A stretch of DNA of 64,000 bases, taken from contig MU057887.1 of NCBI GenBank assembly GCA_013265495.1, positions 3,445,576 to 3,509,575 on the forward strand. Reading direction: 5' to 3'. Below the pieces are notes generated by a model that saw only the letters and a program-made list of their open reading frames with translations, did not search any database and was not told the DNA's origin. Source of the DNA: Vicugna vicugna (Eukaryota). A program made the position numbers and the translations under genes. This document shows, piece after piece, positions 46,621 to 58,100 of the stretch. Each line of letters starts with the position of its first letter. Positions within the stretch are counted from its first letter, which is position 1.

Positions 46621-47445
46621 GAGGCCCTGCGAGGGGTCATCACCCCCGACAGTGCCCTGCTCTGCAAAATCTACTCTGTCTTTATAAAAGTCCCATTTGC
46701 TTGAAGCAAGGGCCTCACGATTAACAAACTGACCGCCCGACACCTCTTCCCAAGCAGCATGCAGAGAAGCTCCCACTGCACTTCGGTCTGTCCACAGCAA
46801 TGCCCTTTACAGCCCGACACAGAGCCTCGGTGGTTTCAGCGTCGTCGAGAGCGAGTCCTTCTTTCTGACGGGTGGCCAGCGACCTGCTCTACAGTTTAGT
46901 TTCTGAGCTCGCGCACGATCAAGGCCTCAGACTTTGCTCACATTCCTCTCGATGGTCCTGTGTTGCATCTTAAGTCATTGCTGCAGCCATGTTTCTCCTA
47001 AGAGCCACCGGGAGGATGTACGCTCAGTCAACACACAGCGTTCACTTCAGCTTCGTGGCCGAGGGCTTTGACGGCAATAAACATGTTTAACTTGGGTGTC
47101 TAACATTGTGGGCTTGAAAAGAAAAGCCAGAAGAAAACATTTATTGAGAAACAGCACGTGGAGAGGCAAGTACCCAGCACCTTTCCGTCAGTGTGTCCCC
47201 GGAAGGAGGCGTAAAGAGCTGCAGTTTTTCCTGTTTGAAGAAAGAGCGACTTAAGAAGCCCGCTGGATGAGCGACGAGGAGCACCTTTGCTCAAGGTGTC
47301 CGCCGGCCGCCTCACGCATAACTGAGCGCGGACTTTCCAGGTCTAGAGGGAAGGCCCCGCTCTGGCTCTCTCTGGGGATGAACATTTTGGGAACCGGCCC
47401 AGATCTGACCACGGGCAGCTCTGCAGGCAGCCCTCCCTGGTGGCC

Positions 47446-47563
47446 TGGGTGGGACGGGTTAGAGGGGCGAGGTGTGGTTAGGTGTGGTTGGGTGTGGTTG
47501 GGTGTGGCTGGGTGGGTTAGGTGGGTCGGGTGGGTTAGGTGGGTCAGGTTGGTCAGGTGAGGT
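47446..47563. repeat. G/T-rich simple repeat, 9-10 bp units (GGTGTGGTTG / GGTGGGTTA)
   Basis: Read directly from the sequence. Confidence 0.9.
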
Positions 47564-47569
47564 AGAACG

Positions 47570-47817
47570 TGCAGAAGTGACACGGGGACCCGCAGCCGGG
47601 CCTCAGGGGACCTGCAGCTTCTGCGCTCCCCTCTCAGAAGCCCCAACCCTCCAGCCAGACTGCGCTCCAACCGTTCATTGACAGCCAGCTCCCCCAGAAG
47701 TGGGGCCACCAGCAACCAGCCCTAAGCCCTGACCCCTGAACCCCGACCTCAGGAGCCCTGGTTGCTTTCAGGTAAGTTCTGGGCCCATTTGTTATGCAGC
47801 AAAAGCAAAGTGATAGA
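47570..47817 (+). mobile_element. MLT1 LTR 3' part
   Basis: Terminus 'gttgctttcaggtaagttctgggcccatttgttatgcagcaaaagcaaagtgata'. Confidence 0.7.
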
Positions 47818-48611
47818 CCAGTAAATTTGAAAATTTAGACGACACAGATAAATACAGAGAAAACATGCCAAAACCGATAGAAGAAAAGCACGGCAACCCA
47901 GTGATCTTTGGCCCGCGAAAGAAACCAAATCTGTAATTTAAAACGCTCTTACAGAGCAATTATTGCAAACACGTAAGAAGGAAATGGCCCCGATTGTTGT
48001 GTGACACCAGCGTGACCTTAACGAGCCCGTCAGGAGAGCAGTAATCACAGGCCACACTCTCACGAACGGAGACGCAAAACTCCAAGACAAAGCGCCAGCA
48101 CGTTGGCTGCGGCCGCGGTCACCCTGGGAAGGAGGAGGCGACACCGAGTCCGGCCCGCCGCCTCAACTCCGCCCCGCACGGAGCGGCGCCCTTGCGCCCC
48201 AATCCCCTGTGGGGCCGCACGTTGAGCTGTTCGTTTCAGTGACTGGTTTTGTTTCTAAAGCTTCTACCTCGTTCCTCGTCGAGCTGGTGCTCTGCTCGCG
48301 GTTTACGGGTGAGCTTCTTCCTCCGCCCGCGTCTCTGCAGCGTCATTTCAAGCAGACGAGGGCGGCCTTTCCCTCCACGTGGCTGCGCCCGGCGTCCCCG
48401 CTGGGGGCTGGCCCAGCTGCCGCGCCTGCAGACTCTCGGGACCGGGCTTCTCGTTGTGCGTCCTCAGCCCGGGAGGAGCTGCTTTTCCCGAGATGAGGAG
48501 CCGCCCGACACTGCCCTCAGCTGCCTCCCTCTCATTCCCCGGGTTCCAGACAGGGGCTTTGGGGTCCGAACCTACCCCCAAAGGGGACTGTCCACAGCCA
48601 GAGGTGGGTGG

Positions 48612-48972
48612 TGCAATGGGTTGAATCATTTCCAGAAACATCTCGCGTCCACCTGGAACCACAGAATGTGGCTTGCTTGGAAGCAGGGTCTTTGCAGACA
48701 TAGTCAGATGAGGTCATTTGGGGTAGGGTGGGCCCTAATTTGACGCCTGGGGTCCTCACGAGCAGAGGAGGGGGCACACGGAGGAGACAGATGCGCAGAG
48801 AAGACGGCACGTGGAGACGGAGGCAGAGGCGGGAGCCCAGGAGCTGGGAGAGGCGGGGAGGAGCCCCCACAACACGGCCAGGCGCTGGAAATGGGTGGAG
48901 GGGAGCTGGTACTGAGGGTGGTACACAGACGGCAGGCTTAGCCCTGTACACCTGAAACTTACAGAATAAAAA
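48612..48972 (+). mobile_element. MLT1B/C-like MaLR LTR
   Basis: 'atgggttgaatc...acctggaaccacagaatgtggcttgcttggaagcagggtctttgcagacatagtcagatgaggtca...ggtgggccctaat'. Confidence 0.85.
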
Positions 48973-49309
48973 TAATGACAGAAGTGGGCTCAGTCCACTG
49001 GCCGTGGTGACGATGAAATGAGGAGAGCCGTGGGAAGCGGTCACTCCGTCGTCTGGGACGCAGGACTCCGGCCGGTCTTCGTGGGCCCGGCTCGCGGGAG
49101 CGTCCTTGCTCCTGACCTGACCCCGGTGGGTCTGTCCGTCCTGCGAGGCTCGCTGCGGGTGCTGGCGTGCACCCACCATCGGAGTCAAGAAACCTCCTTC
49201 TGCGCTGATGGTAAAATTGCTTTTCATCAGGGAGGAAAGTTAAACTTTTATGGAATGACTTACTACCTCTGTTTCTATAATTTCACGTCATATGTCATTT
49301 CATGTTCTG

Positions 49310-49975
49310 CAGAAAGTTCTAATTCAAAAAGATGTGTGCACCTCAGTGCTCATAGCAGCACTGTGCACAGTAGCCGAGACGTGGAAGCAGCCCGAATGTC
49401 CACCAGCAGAGGACTGGATGAAGAAGGTGTGGTGTATTTACAGCGCGGAACACTACTCAGTGATAAAAAAGAACGAAATCACGCCATTTGCAGCAGCATG
49501 GCTGGACTAGAGATTATCACTCTGAGTGAAGTGAGACAGAGAAAGACAAATACATGGTGTCCCCCACATGGAAATCTAAAAAAAGGTGCAAGTCTCATTT
49601 GCAAACCAGGAGTGACTCACTAGCATAGAAGACTTGGTGCCGGGGCCGGGGGCGGGCGGGGCAGGGGTCGGTTGGGACCTGGGTCAGCAGACACGCACTG
49701 CTGCGTGTGAAGCGGCCAGCCAGCCGGCCCCTGCAGCAGGGGGCGGTGGGGGCAGGGGTCGGTTGGGACCTGGGTCAGCAGACACGCACTGCTGCGTGTG
49801 AAGCGGCCAGCCAGCCGGCCCCTGCAGCAGCACCCAGGGAACGGTGTTCAGTTTCTTGTAATGAGCTGCAGTGGAGAAGAACCTGAAAGCGCATGTGTGT
49901 GCATACCTGTGTAGCCAGAGTTCTGCTGTGCACCTGGAACCAACCTTGTAAATGGACCACATTTCAATGAAAAAT
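49310..49975 (+). mobile_element. 5'-truncated L1 3' end with an internal 91-bp tandem duplication
   Basis: 'aattcaaaaagatgtgtgcacctcagtgctcatagcagcac...gccatttgcagcagcatggctggactagagattatc'. 49658-49739 is identical to 49749-49830. Confidence 0.92.
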
Positions 49976-50888
49976 GAGACTTTTTTAGAAAGACAAAAAT
50001 TCTGCCCCAAAAACACCACTTGATGTTACCAGCTGATGTGCCAGTTTCAGCTGCTGCCGTGCCCAGGGGGTCTGACTCACTGGTCTTTTATTTAGGGTTT
50101 TACTTCCGCGTTTTCAGTGAGGTTGAACCGGGTTTTTCTTCTTTTCTGTGCGATTTGCCTTCCGACCTGGGTGTCCAGGTCGCACTGGTCTCTCAAAATG
50201 AGTTAGGTCCTGTACTGACTCCGAGTGCTTGCACTGGGACCCTCTTCCCAGGACTTCGAGCAGCCCCTGGCGAGCGCCGCGTCCCGCGTCCCGGGCGAGC
50301 TGCCGGTGCCGGGGGGCCGGTCTTGCTCCCGTCTCTGCTCCTGCGAGGGGCGCTTGCTCCCCTGCGGGGCGTGTGTGTCTGTGGCGGGGCCCGTGCGCAG
50401 AGACACTAGTGCTCGTTCTCACCCATCCTCTCCAGGTCGCGTTCTTCGTAAAGAGCGCTTTCAAAACAAAAGAAAGTCTTTGTCCTGTTTAATGCCCTTT
50501 ATCTTGAATTTCATTTTGTCTGATGTTAATATGAGTATGCTTGCTTTATTTTCTGACAGTCGCCGGAATAGATTTTATTTGTCATGTTTCACCTTCCTTC
50601 AGGTTGTCTCTTATAATCACAAAAACCTGGAAGCGTTTCTTTACTCCGTTTGAGAGTCTCTGTCTTTAGACAGAAAAGTTCCAGCCTGCGCGGCGCGCGA
50701 GGTCCCGAGCCCAGTGGCCCCGAGCCCAGTGGCCCCATGTCCTGTTTCCGCGTTTGCCCGCCCTTGCTTTCCCCGCCCATTGCTGGAGGGGCCGTTTCTG
50801 TTCCGTTTCTCCCTTTGGAAAGTTGTCTACACAGTTTGTAGTGGTCACCCTAATTTTCAAAAATAGGTTAGGTAGGTCTTTAAAATAG

Positions 50889-51850
50889 TGTCTGCTCAGC
50901 ATAAAACGGTAAGGCAACACAAAGCGCAAGGAAAGAACTAAAGTTTAAACCTTGCGGTGCAGCCCCTGGGGAACACAATCCAGCCCCCCCAAACGTCTCG
51001 TGGAAGAAGAGGGGACGGACAGACAGACAGACGTGGATTCACGCCACAGATGTTGATTTCATGTGAAATACACAGGCTTTGTAAAGGGAAAGCGGAGGAA
51101 TCACTGAAATACGCTGCTCCTTCCCCAAAGTCCCAGAAAAGGCCCCCCAAACCAGGGCGGGGGGTGGGAGCAGGAAAGCGCGTGGGAAGCGTGGGGTGCT
51201 CCTGCGTCGCACGGCTTTAGCTCGAGGCTCATGCATCTACTCATCTGAGGAAGTCCTGCGCCTCCGTGCAGGCTGGATGGGAAGACCGTCGTTGGCTCGT
51301 TCGGGCCACCTGCTCCGTCTCAGCCCCTCCGCTGCTCAGCGACCGGGGCCCCCTGCCCGCTGTGAACGAAAAACACTGCGGCTGTATCAGCGCACAAAGG
51401 TTGCTGCCCACCGAGTCTCCAGCCGTTCCCGCGCCCCTGGCAGCGAGCGGAGGAGCTCAGGACGCAGACAAGCAGGCAGCGCGGCCTCTGCCGCCCCCCA
51501 GCGGTGCCCCTGCGGGCACGCAGGGCGGGAAAGCACGGGACAGACGCGGCCCTGGAGCGCTCAGTGCAGGTCAGAGGGGTGATCCAGTGAGCCCAGACCC
51601 CTGCACCTTCCCGCACGCAGAAAAGCACTAAATTCCTTAACTTGAGGTGTCTGGGGTTTTTTTACTTAAGTCACCTTTTGATGTTTCGACTTTGCTGTAA
51701 AACTCCCCTCCATCCTGGCTCGACCCCGCGGGTGCGGAGAGGCCCCTCGGCGATCTGAGCGGCCGCCCCCCCGCCCGGGCGCTGGGACAGCCCGCCGACC
51801 GGGCCGCAGCGCTCCCCTCCCCGGGCTGCGCGGGCGCTCCGCCGCCGCCG
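50889..51850 (+). mobile_element. ERV1 LTR, MER41-like, extremely GC-shifted at its 3' end
   Basis: 51471-51651 is the reverse complement of 31753-31931 with about 17 substitutions plus a few indels. The 5' boundary (TG at 50889) is tentative. Confidence 0.82.
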
Positions 51851-52322
51851 CCCTCCTGCCCCGGCCCGGCTCCTGCAACCCAGGTGACGCGGCCTTGCTG
51901 TCGGCTGTCCTGATGTCGATCTTTCCGGATCTTCTCACTGTTTGAATTCAAGCAACGTTTTCTTTCCATTACATTCTCCTTATTGTGGTAAAAGAGACAG
52001 AACATAAAATGTTCCATTTTCGCCATTTCTCAGCGCACAGCTCGGTGGCTTTAACACATACACACTGCGGTGAGACCATCCGCACCATCCGTCTCCAGAA
52101 CTTTCTCATCTTCCCAGACTGACCCTGTCCCCATTGGACACTCACCCCCCCCGCCCCCGCCCCCGGTGCCCACCCTTCTACTCTGTCTATAAATTTGGCC
52201 ATTCTAGGGGCCGTATGTAGATGGGATCGTATAGTATTTGTCGTTTTGCGGCTGGCTTATTTCACTTAGCGCGGCGTTTTCAGGGTCCTTCCACGTTGCC
52301 GCGTGTGTCAGAATTCCCTTCC

Positions 52323-52402
52323 TTTTTTTCCCCAGTGAAGGTCCCGGGGATTGAACCAATCACGCGCTCTACCACTGAGTGTCAGCCACCCACTCCCTCC
52401 CT
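52323..52402 (-). mobile_element. Internally deleted tRNA-derived SINE, antisense
   Basis: 'ccggggattgaacc...cgcgctctaccactgag'. Confidence 0.75.
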
Positions 52403-54214
52403 TTCCAAGGGTGAACGGCATTTCCTGTGCAGAGACTGCGTTTTGTTAACCCGCCACATGCTCTTGGACACGAGTTGCTCCCACCTTTTGAATATCGTCA
52501 GCAATGCTGCTGGACATGGTGTAAGGCCGTCGGCTCAAGCCCCTGCACTCAGTTCCTCTGGGCACGTGCCCCAGACGCGGGATTGCGGGATCGCGCAGTG
52601 ACTCCGTGTGTAATTTCCGAGGGCCGCCATCCTGTTTCCCGCAGTGGCTGCGCCAGGCCCCTTCCCACCAGCAGCGCGCAGGGCTCCCTTCCTCCGCACC
52701 CTCCCAGCGCGCGTTCTGCCCTGGACTCTGGCAGCAGCCGTCGCACCGGGGGCGAGGCAGGTTCCCACTGGCTTTCTTCTTTCCTTTTCTTTTTCACGTA
52801 GCTTTGATTTGCTTTTCCCTAATAGTGATGTCAGCCATCTTTTTTGTATCTTCTTTGGAGAAATATCCATGCAAGCATTTCACGCTTTTTTAGTCCAGTT
52901 GCTTTTTGTTGATGAGTTGCAGGAATTCTTTATTTCCCCTGGATGGTAAACCCTCATCAGACACATGATTTGCAAACATTTTCTCCTATTTCGAGGGTTG
53001 AGTTTCACTCTGATGATGTCCTTTGATGCCCAAAAGAACACTATTTAATTCTGACGAAGTCCAGTTTACCTACTTTTCATCCTGTTGCCTGGGCTGCTGG
53101 TGTCATCCCCAGGACACGTCGCCAACCCGTGGTCACCAAGCTTTTCCCATGTTTTCTTCTCAGAGTGTTGTGCTTTTAGCTCGTGCGTTTCGGTCTCTGA
53201 CCCATTGTGAGTTAATTTTTGTGTTTGGTGTTAGATGAGGGTTGAATTTCATTCCTTTGCATGTGGAAGTCTGTTGAAAACCCTGTCCTTGCCCCACTGA
53301 CTGGTCTTGGCGCCCTTGTCTGCAGTCTTTTGGCCACAGTTTCGAGCATTTACCTCCTGTCTGTTCCGGTCCATGGTCTGTACGTCGGTCTCCACTCCAC
53401 CCTGATCACCGCAGCTCTGTCGGAGCTTTTGGAAACAGGAGGTGTGTGTCCGCCAACTTCGTTCTGCGTTCCCAGGTTAGTTTAGCTATTCTGGGTCTCC
53501 AGATGCCATGTGAGTTTTAGGATGACTTGTTCTATTTCAGCAAAAACCGTCACTGGGATTTTGATAGACACTGCAGTAAGTCTGTAGGTCACTTTGCATA
53601 ATATTGACCTCTTAACGATCGTAAGTCTTCCGAGACGCGGACACAGGATTTCTTTCTACTTATGTCCTTGTTAGTTTCTTTCAGCAACATTGTGTAGTTT
53701 TCAGTGCTGAGTCCTTCACCTCCTTGGTTAAGTAAATTCCTGAGTATTTTCGTCTGTTTGACTGAATGGTTCTTTCAACGAAAGATGCTGGGTTCCTGGA
53801 GCTGGCACCTTCCCTCTGGATTGCTCGCTGTTAGTGTAGAGAAACTCAACTGGCTCTTCTGTGTTGACTTTGTATCCTGCAACCTTGCAGAGTTTATTAA
53901 TTCTGAAAGGGTTTCCTTGGAATCTCTGCAGTTTGCTGCACGTGAGAGCGTGTCACTTGCAAATACAGGTAATTTTAATTCTTCTTTACAACTTGGACGG
54001 CCTCTGCCTCCGTTTCCCCTAATGCTCGCGCTAGGACTTCAGCAGCACCTTGAGCAGAAGTGGTGGAGCTGGGCGCCCTGGCTTGCTTCTGATTTTACAG
54101 GAACCGTTTTGGTTCTTTCACCATCAATTACAATGTTGGCTGTGGTTTTTAATTTGGCCATCGTTGTGCTGTGGGAATTTCGCTCTGTTCCTAGTTTATA
54201 GAGTGTTTTCTTTG

Positions 54215-54325
54215 TTAAGGTTTTTTTAAAAATTAAAGTATGGTTGACACAAAACTCTGTACCAGTTTCAAGTGTACAACGTAGTGATTCGACACTCACA
54301 CACATCACGAGACAATCACCGTGAC
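54215..54325 (-). mobile_element. Short L1 3' terminal fragment nested in the L1MB
   Basis: 'tttttttaaaaattaaagtatggttgacacaaaactctgtaccagtttcaagtgtacaacgtagtgattcgac'. Confidence 0.8.
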
Positions 54326-54683
54326 TGTTGAGTGTTCTATCATGAAAGGGTGTTGATTGTGTTAAATACTTGTTCAGTAACCATTGAGATGGTCGTGTGT
54401 TAATGTTTTTCACTGTATTAATGGGGTACAGTTTGTTGATTGACTTCCGTATCTTGACCCATTCCTGCATTGCAGGGACACACCCCACGTGATCATGGTG
54501 CAAAAGCCTCCTAATGTGCTGCTGGATTCGGGTTTCTAGTGTTCTGTTGAGCCTTCCATTGCATTTTAAAATAAACTTTTTCTGTTCCATTTATTCACAT
54601 TCATATTCAGAAACACCAAGTAGTCCATTGTCTTCCCTCTGGGTGTCTTGTGTGTCTCTGTGCCTCTACAAGAGATAATAGGA

Positions 54684-54732
54684 AGATAGACAGACAGACA
54701 GACAGATAGATAGATAGATGACAGATGGATAG
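54684..54732. repeat. (GACA)n(GATA)n microsatellite
   Basis: Read directly from the sequence. Confidence 0.95.
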
Positions 54733-54855
54733 GAATCTCTCTGGGGAGCGGTCAGGACGCGGGGGCAGACAGGACCCTGAAGTGCCTCCTTGGTGGTGAG
54801 GAAGAGCCGGTGGTGCGTGGGGCCCACACGTGGGAACTGGCCCTCCAGAGAGCAG

Positions 54856-55160
54856 TGTGTCAGAAACTGACCGTCCCGTCACCAGATCTGTTTCCTCTCT
54901 GGTCTGGACGCACAGCTAAGCCACATTTCCAGCCTCTTTGCAGTCAGACCCGCCGCGTGCCTGGGTCCTGGCGGGTGTCCGTGGGAAGTAGAAGTTGGTG
55001 CAGGGCTCACAGCCTCGTTCGTGGCAGCCTCCTGCACACGGTCCTCCGCGCTCCCCTCCCCTCTGCCCAGAATGCAGGTGAGCCCGCAGCAAGCTTTGGA
55101 ACCTTGCGGGAGGTGGAGTCACAAGATAGAAGCCCCCCGTTCCCCGACGCGCGACAGGAG
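54856..55160 (+). mobile_element. Old MLT1 (I/J-like) LTR
   Basis: 'cacagctaagccacatttccagcctctttgcagtcag' resembles the MLT1I/J internal motif. Confidence 0.6.
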
Positions 55161-58100
55161 AAAGGTCACCGGGAGCTGTGTGACGCTGCCCCGTCGCCCT
55201 GCGGGCCTGCCGAGGTCTCGGGTGAGAGCCGCTGGGGTCCTTCACCAGTGCGCACACTCTCTGGTCTCCGGTCTCCACACCTGCTGATCCTTCTTTCTGG
55301 GACGCTCCGACCTCCCCACGTCCCCTCACACCCAGCCTTCTGGCTCTGACTCACCTCTGAAGCCTCGCATGGGACTGTCTCCTCGGGCAGCCAGCCCTGC
55401 CTGCTCAGCTGGGGTTCGTCGTCCCTGCGTGCACCTCACTGCACCCGCGTTCAGCCACCTGGTCTCCCTCCGCCGCGTTCGTGTCTGCTCCCCCACTTAC
55501 TGCTCCCCCAGACCGTGCTCTGCACAGGGAGGGCTGGGCCTGTCTCTTCCACGGCTGGTTCCCAGCCCCCAGCACAGAGCGGGGCCGGATCGTGGGTTTG
55601 CCCACAGACACGGACTCTCCCTAACAGCAGGGCCGCAGGGCCGCTGCCCAGGTGAGCTCTGGTCTGACGGCCAGTGCAGGCACAGAGCCGCCACAGCCTG
55701 GCACAGAGCACAAAGGTCAGGAAGGCCACCTTCTCCAGGATGGGCCGTGTTTGCCACCTCTGAGGCTGAGGGGACAGAGCGTCACAGAGGGAAAGGCCAC
55801 AGAGGAGTCGGGAGCTAGGAGCAGGGCAGTAAGAGCCAGGACCGAAGTCGGGCCAGGACAGGAGAGCACAGGAGGGGGCCACCTGACCCTGCCCAGGGTG
55901 AGCGCTGGAGGGGCACCTGCAGTGTCCCAGTGGGAGCCCCCAGCGCCTCCCCAGCCCCACCCATATGTGCACATGCCCCTCCCACGTGAACACTGAGCGG
56001 GGAAACGGGGCTCTCCTGCTCGCCCCAGCAACCGCCCTCCGCCCTCAGGCTGGGTCGGCGCCCTCAGCCAGCAGGAGCTACCGCGGCACGGGTGTTAACT
56101 CCACGGGGCAGGTGGGTGTAGGCAGAGTTTAAGGACACTCCTCGCGGCCCTTCCCCCAAGAGACCCCGAGGTGTCAGAACAGAGACGACCGGAAAGGGCG
56201 GGCCCACGGGCCAGAAGGGGCTCGACCCCTGCCGTGGCGAGTGCTAAGCCCAGGGGACAGACAGGGGCCGGGGCTCAGGGCGGGGGGGCCTCGGCATGAG
56301 GGCGGGGAGCGGCCTCACCCCTGCACCTCGCCCCTCTGTCCCTTCCGGAGGGGGGCAATCCTGCTCCCCGTCACCGCAGGAACCCACGAGTCTCCAGGAA
56401 AGGTGGGGAGGGGCAGGGGGGCAGCCCTGAACTGGAAGCAGCAGCCCAGGAGGACGGTCTCCTCCGGGAAAGAGCCTGCCCCTCCCCGGAGGGTGAGGCT
56501 GTGGCCTCCACGGCGTTGCCCGTAACTGTTCCATTTCCATCAGAGTCGCACTCATGGGGACGGGGGTCACCACCCTTATTTACTGATGAAGACACAGCCC
56601 AAGAGGGGCCCATCGCCCACCAGGCAGCTCTCACTCCTTCCTTCCTGCCGTGAGTGCTGACCCCAAAGCTGCCTCCGGGGGCAGGACTCCCAGAACGCTC
56701 GGCTTGGGGCCCTGTGGGCGTCTGCTCACTTCCAGTGCATTGTGGCTGTGCACAGCCTCGTCATCCAGGAGGTCTGGCCTCTCCTGGGCTGCCTGTGCTG
56801 CTGCAGGGAAGTCCACTCGTGTTTCTACCCAGCGGGGTGGAGCGGTTCCCAGGAGCGGAGGATGGGGGCGGGGAGCAGGGAGCCTGGTCCAGGTGTCAGG
56901 TGGGCCTTCTGACGGAGGCAGCCACGGCCAGCACCGAGTCCTGGTAGGGCGAGGGCAGGTGGGTGCTAGAGGAGAGGTGTGTCCGCGGCAGGACCCTGGC
57001 TCTGAGCCTGGGCCAGGGACACCCCTGAGGTCTGTCTGTCCATCCCTGGCCCACTGCAAGGGGGTGCTCTGCTTCCCTGCAGGACACCCCTGAGGAGCGA
57101 CTTGCCACCTGCCACCTGCCCTCCCTCAGTGGATGACCTCACTGCAAGAACCAAGTCCGAGAAGATTGCTGAGGGGGGAGTGTCGTGAGAGGGGCTGGCC
57201 TCTGGGGACCAGGAGAAGGAGGTGACCAGCCCTGAGCATGACACACTGGAGACCATACCCGTAGGGCCTCCAAGGCCCCGCCTCAGAGTCCCCGAGGGCG
57301 GGGCGGGTGCTGTCCGAGGTGCTGACCAGCCCCGCTCGGGCTGCGAGAAGCCCTGCAGAGATGCTCCCTGAATCTTCACTGGGAATGTATGCGATGGACT
57401 TGGGGGGGCGGGGGAGGGAGGCCTCCACATGGGCTCACACGGCCTCAGTTCCAGGTGCCAGAGTGGCCAGGAGGGGTATAGGGACAGTCCAGGGACAGTG
57501 CGGGACTGGGCAGAGCTGGAGCTGAGGGGCCGGTTGTGGTGGACAGCTGGGGATTCCAGCCGCATTGAAGAAAGATCACAGGAGGACGAGAGGTGAGCGT
57601 CCTTGAGAAGAGGTGGCAGTGAGGCCCCAGGCGGTGGCCTCGGGTCCGGCCAGGGAAGGAAGGGCAGATGGTGCTGGGCAGTCTTGCTGGGCTTCAGTTC
57701 AGTGAAGAAAGCTTTTTCTGGAACAGCATTGCCCAGAAATAGACTGGCTGTTCCTGTGAAGGGGTGAGCTCCCCATCAGCTCTGTAACTACAGGAGCTGG
57801 CAGATACAGCCAACTTAGACCACCAAGAGCGTGGGTTTCTGGCAGGAGGCCCACCCAGGGCCCGTCCAGACCACCGTGTCCTCACCCCAGAGCCACACTT
57901 GAGCTCTGGCTCCAGTCCTGCGGGGTCTGCTTCTGCTGCTGTTTGCCGGGATAGTTTGCAGCTGTGTGTCTACATTGGCTTCTACCAAGCCCAGTTATTT
58001 ATAACCCCTTCCAAATGGAAACACAAGGAAATGTGTTGGCAGATTTGACTTTATTTCACAAAACACAGGATGAGGCCAATGGGAGTTGGCTTCCGAATGA

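Larger units (their letters stand above)
51975..54580 (-). mobile_element. L1MB-like element (3' UTR plus ORF2), antisense, with nested insertions
   Basis: 3' end 'ttattgtggtaaaagagacagaacataaaatg...accatccgtctccagaactttctcatcttcc'. The reverse translation near 54590-54340 (RIQQHIRRLLHHDHVGCVPAMQEWVKIRKSIN) is L1 RT-like. Confidence 0.92.

Noticed and set aside
47718..47752. CCCTAA/CCCTGA words as an interstitial telomere
   Set aside because: Only 3-4 degenerate units, lying within an MLT1 LTR relic whose decay can explain them.
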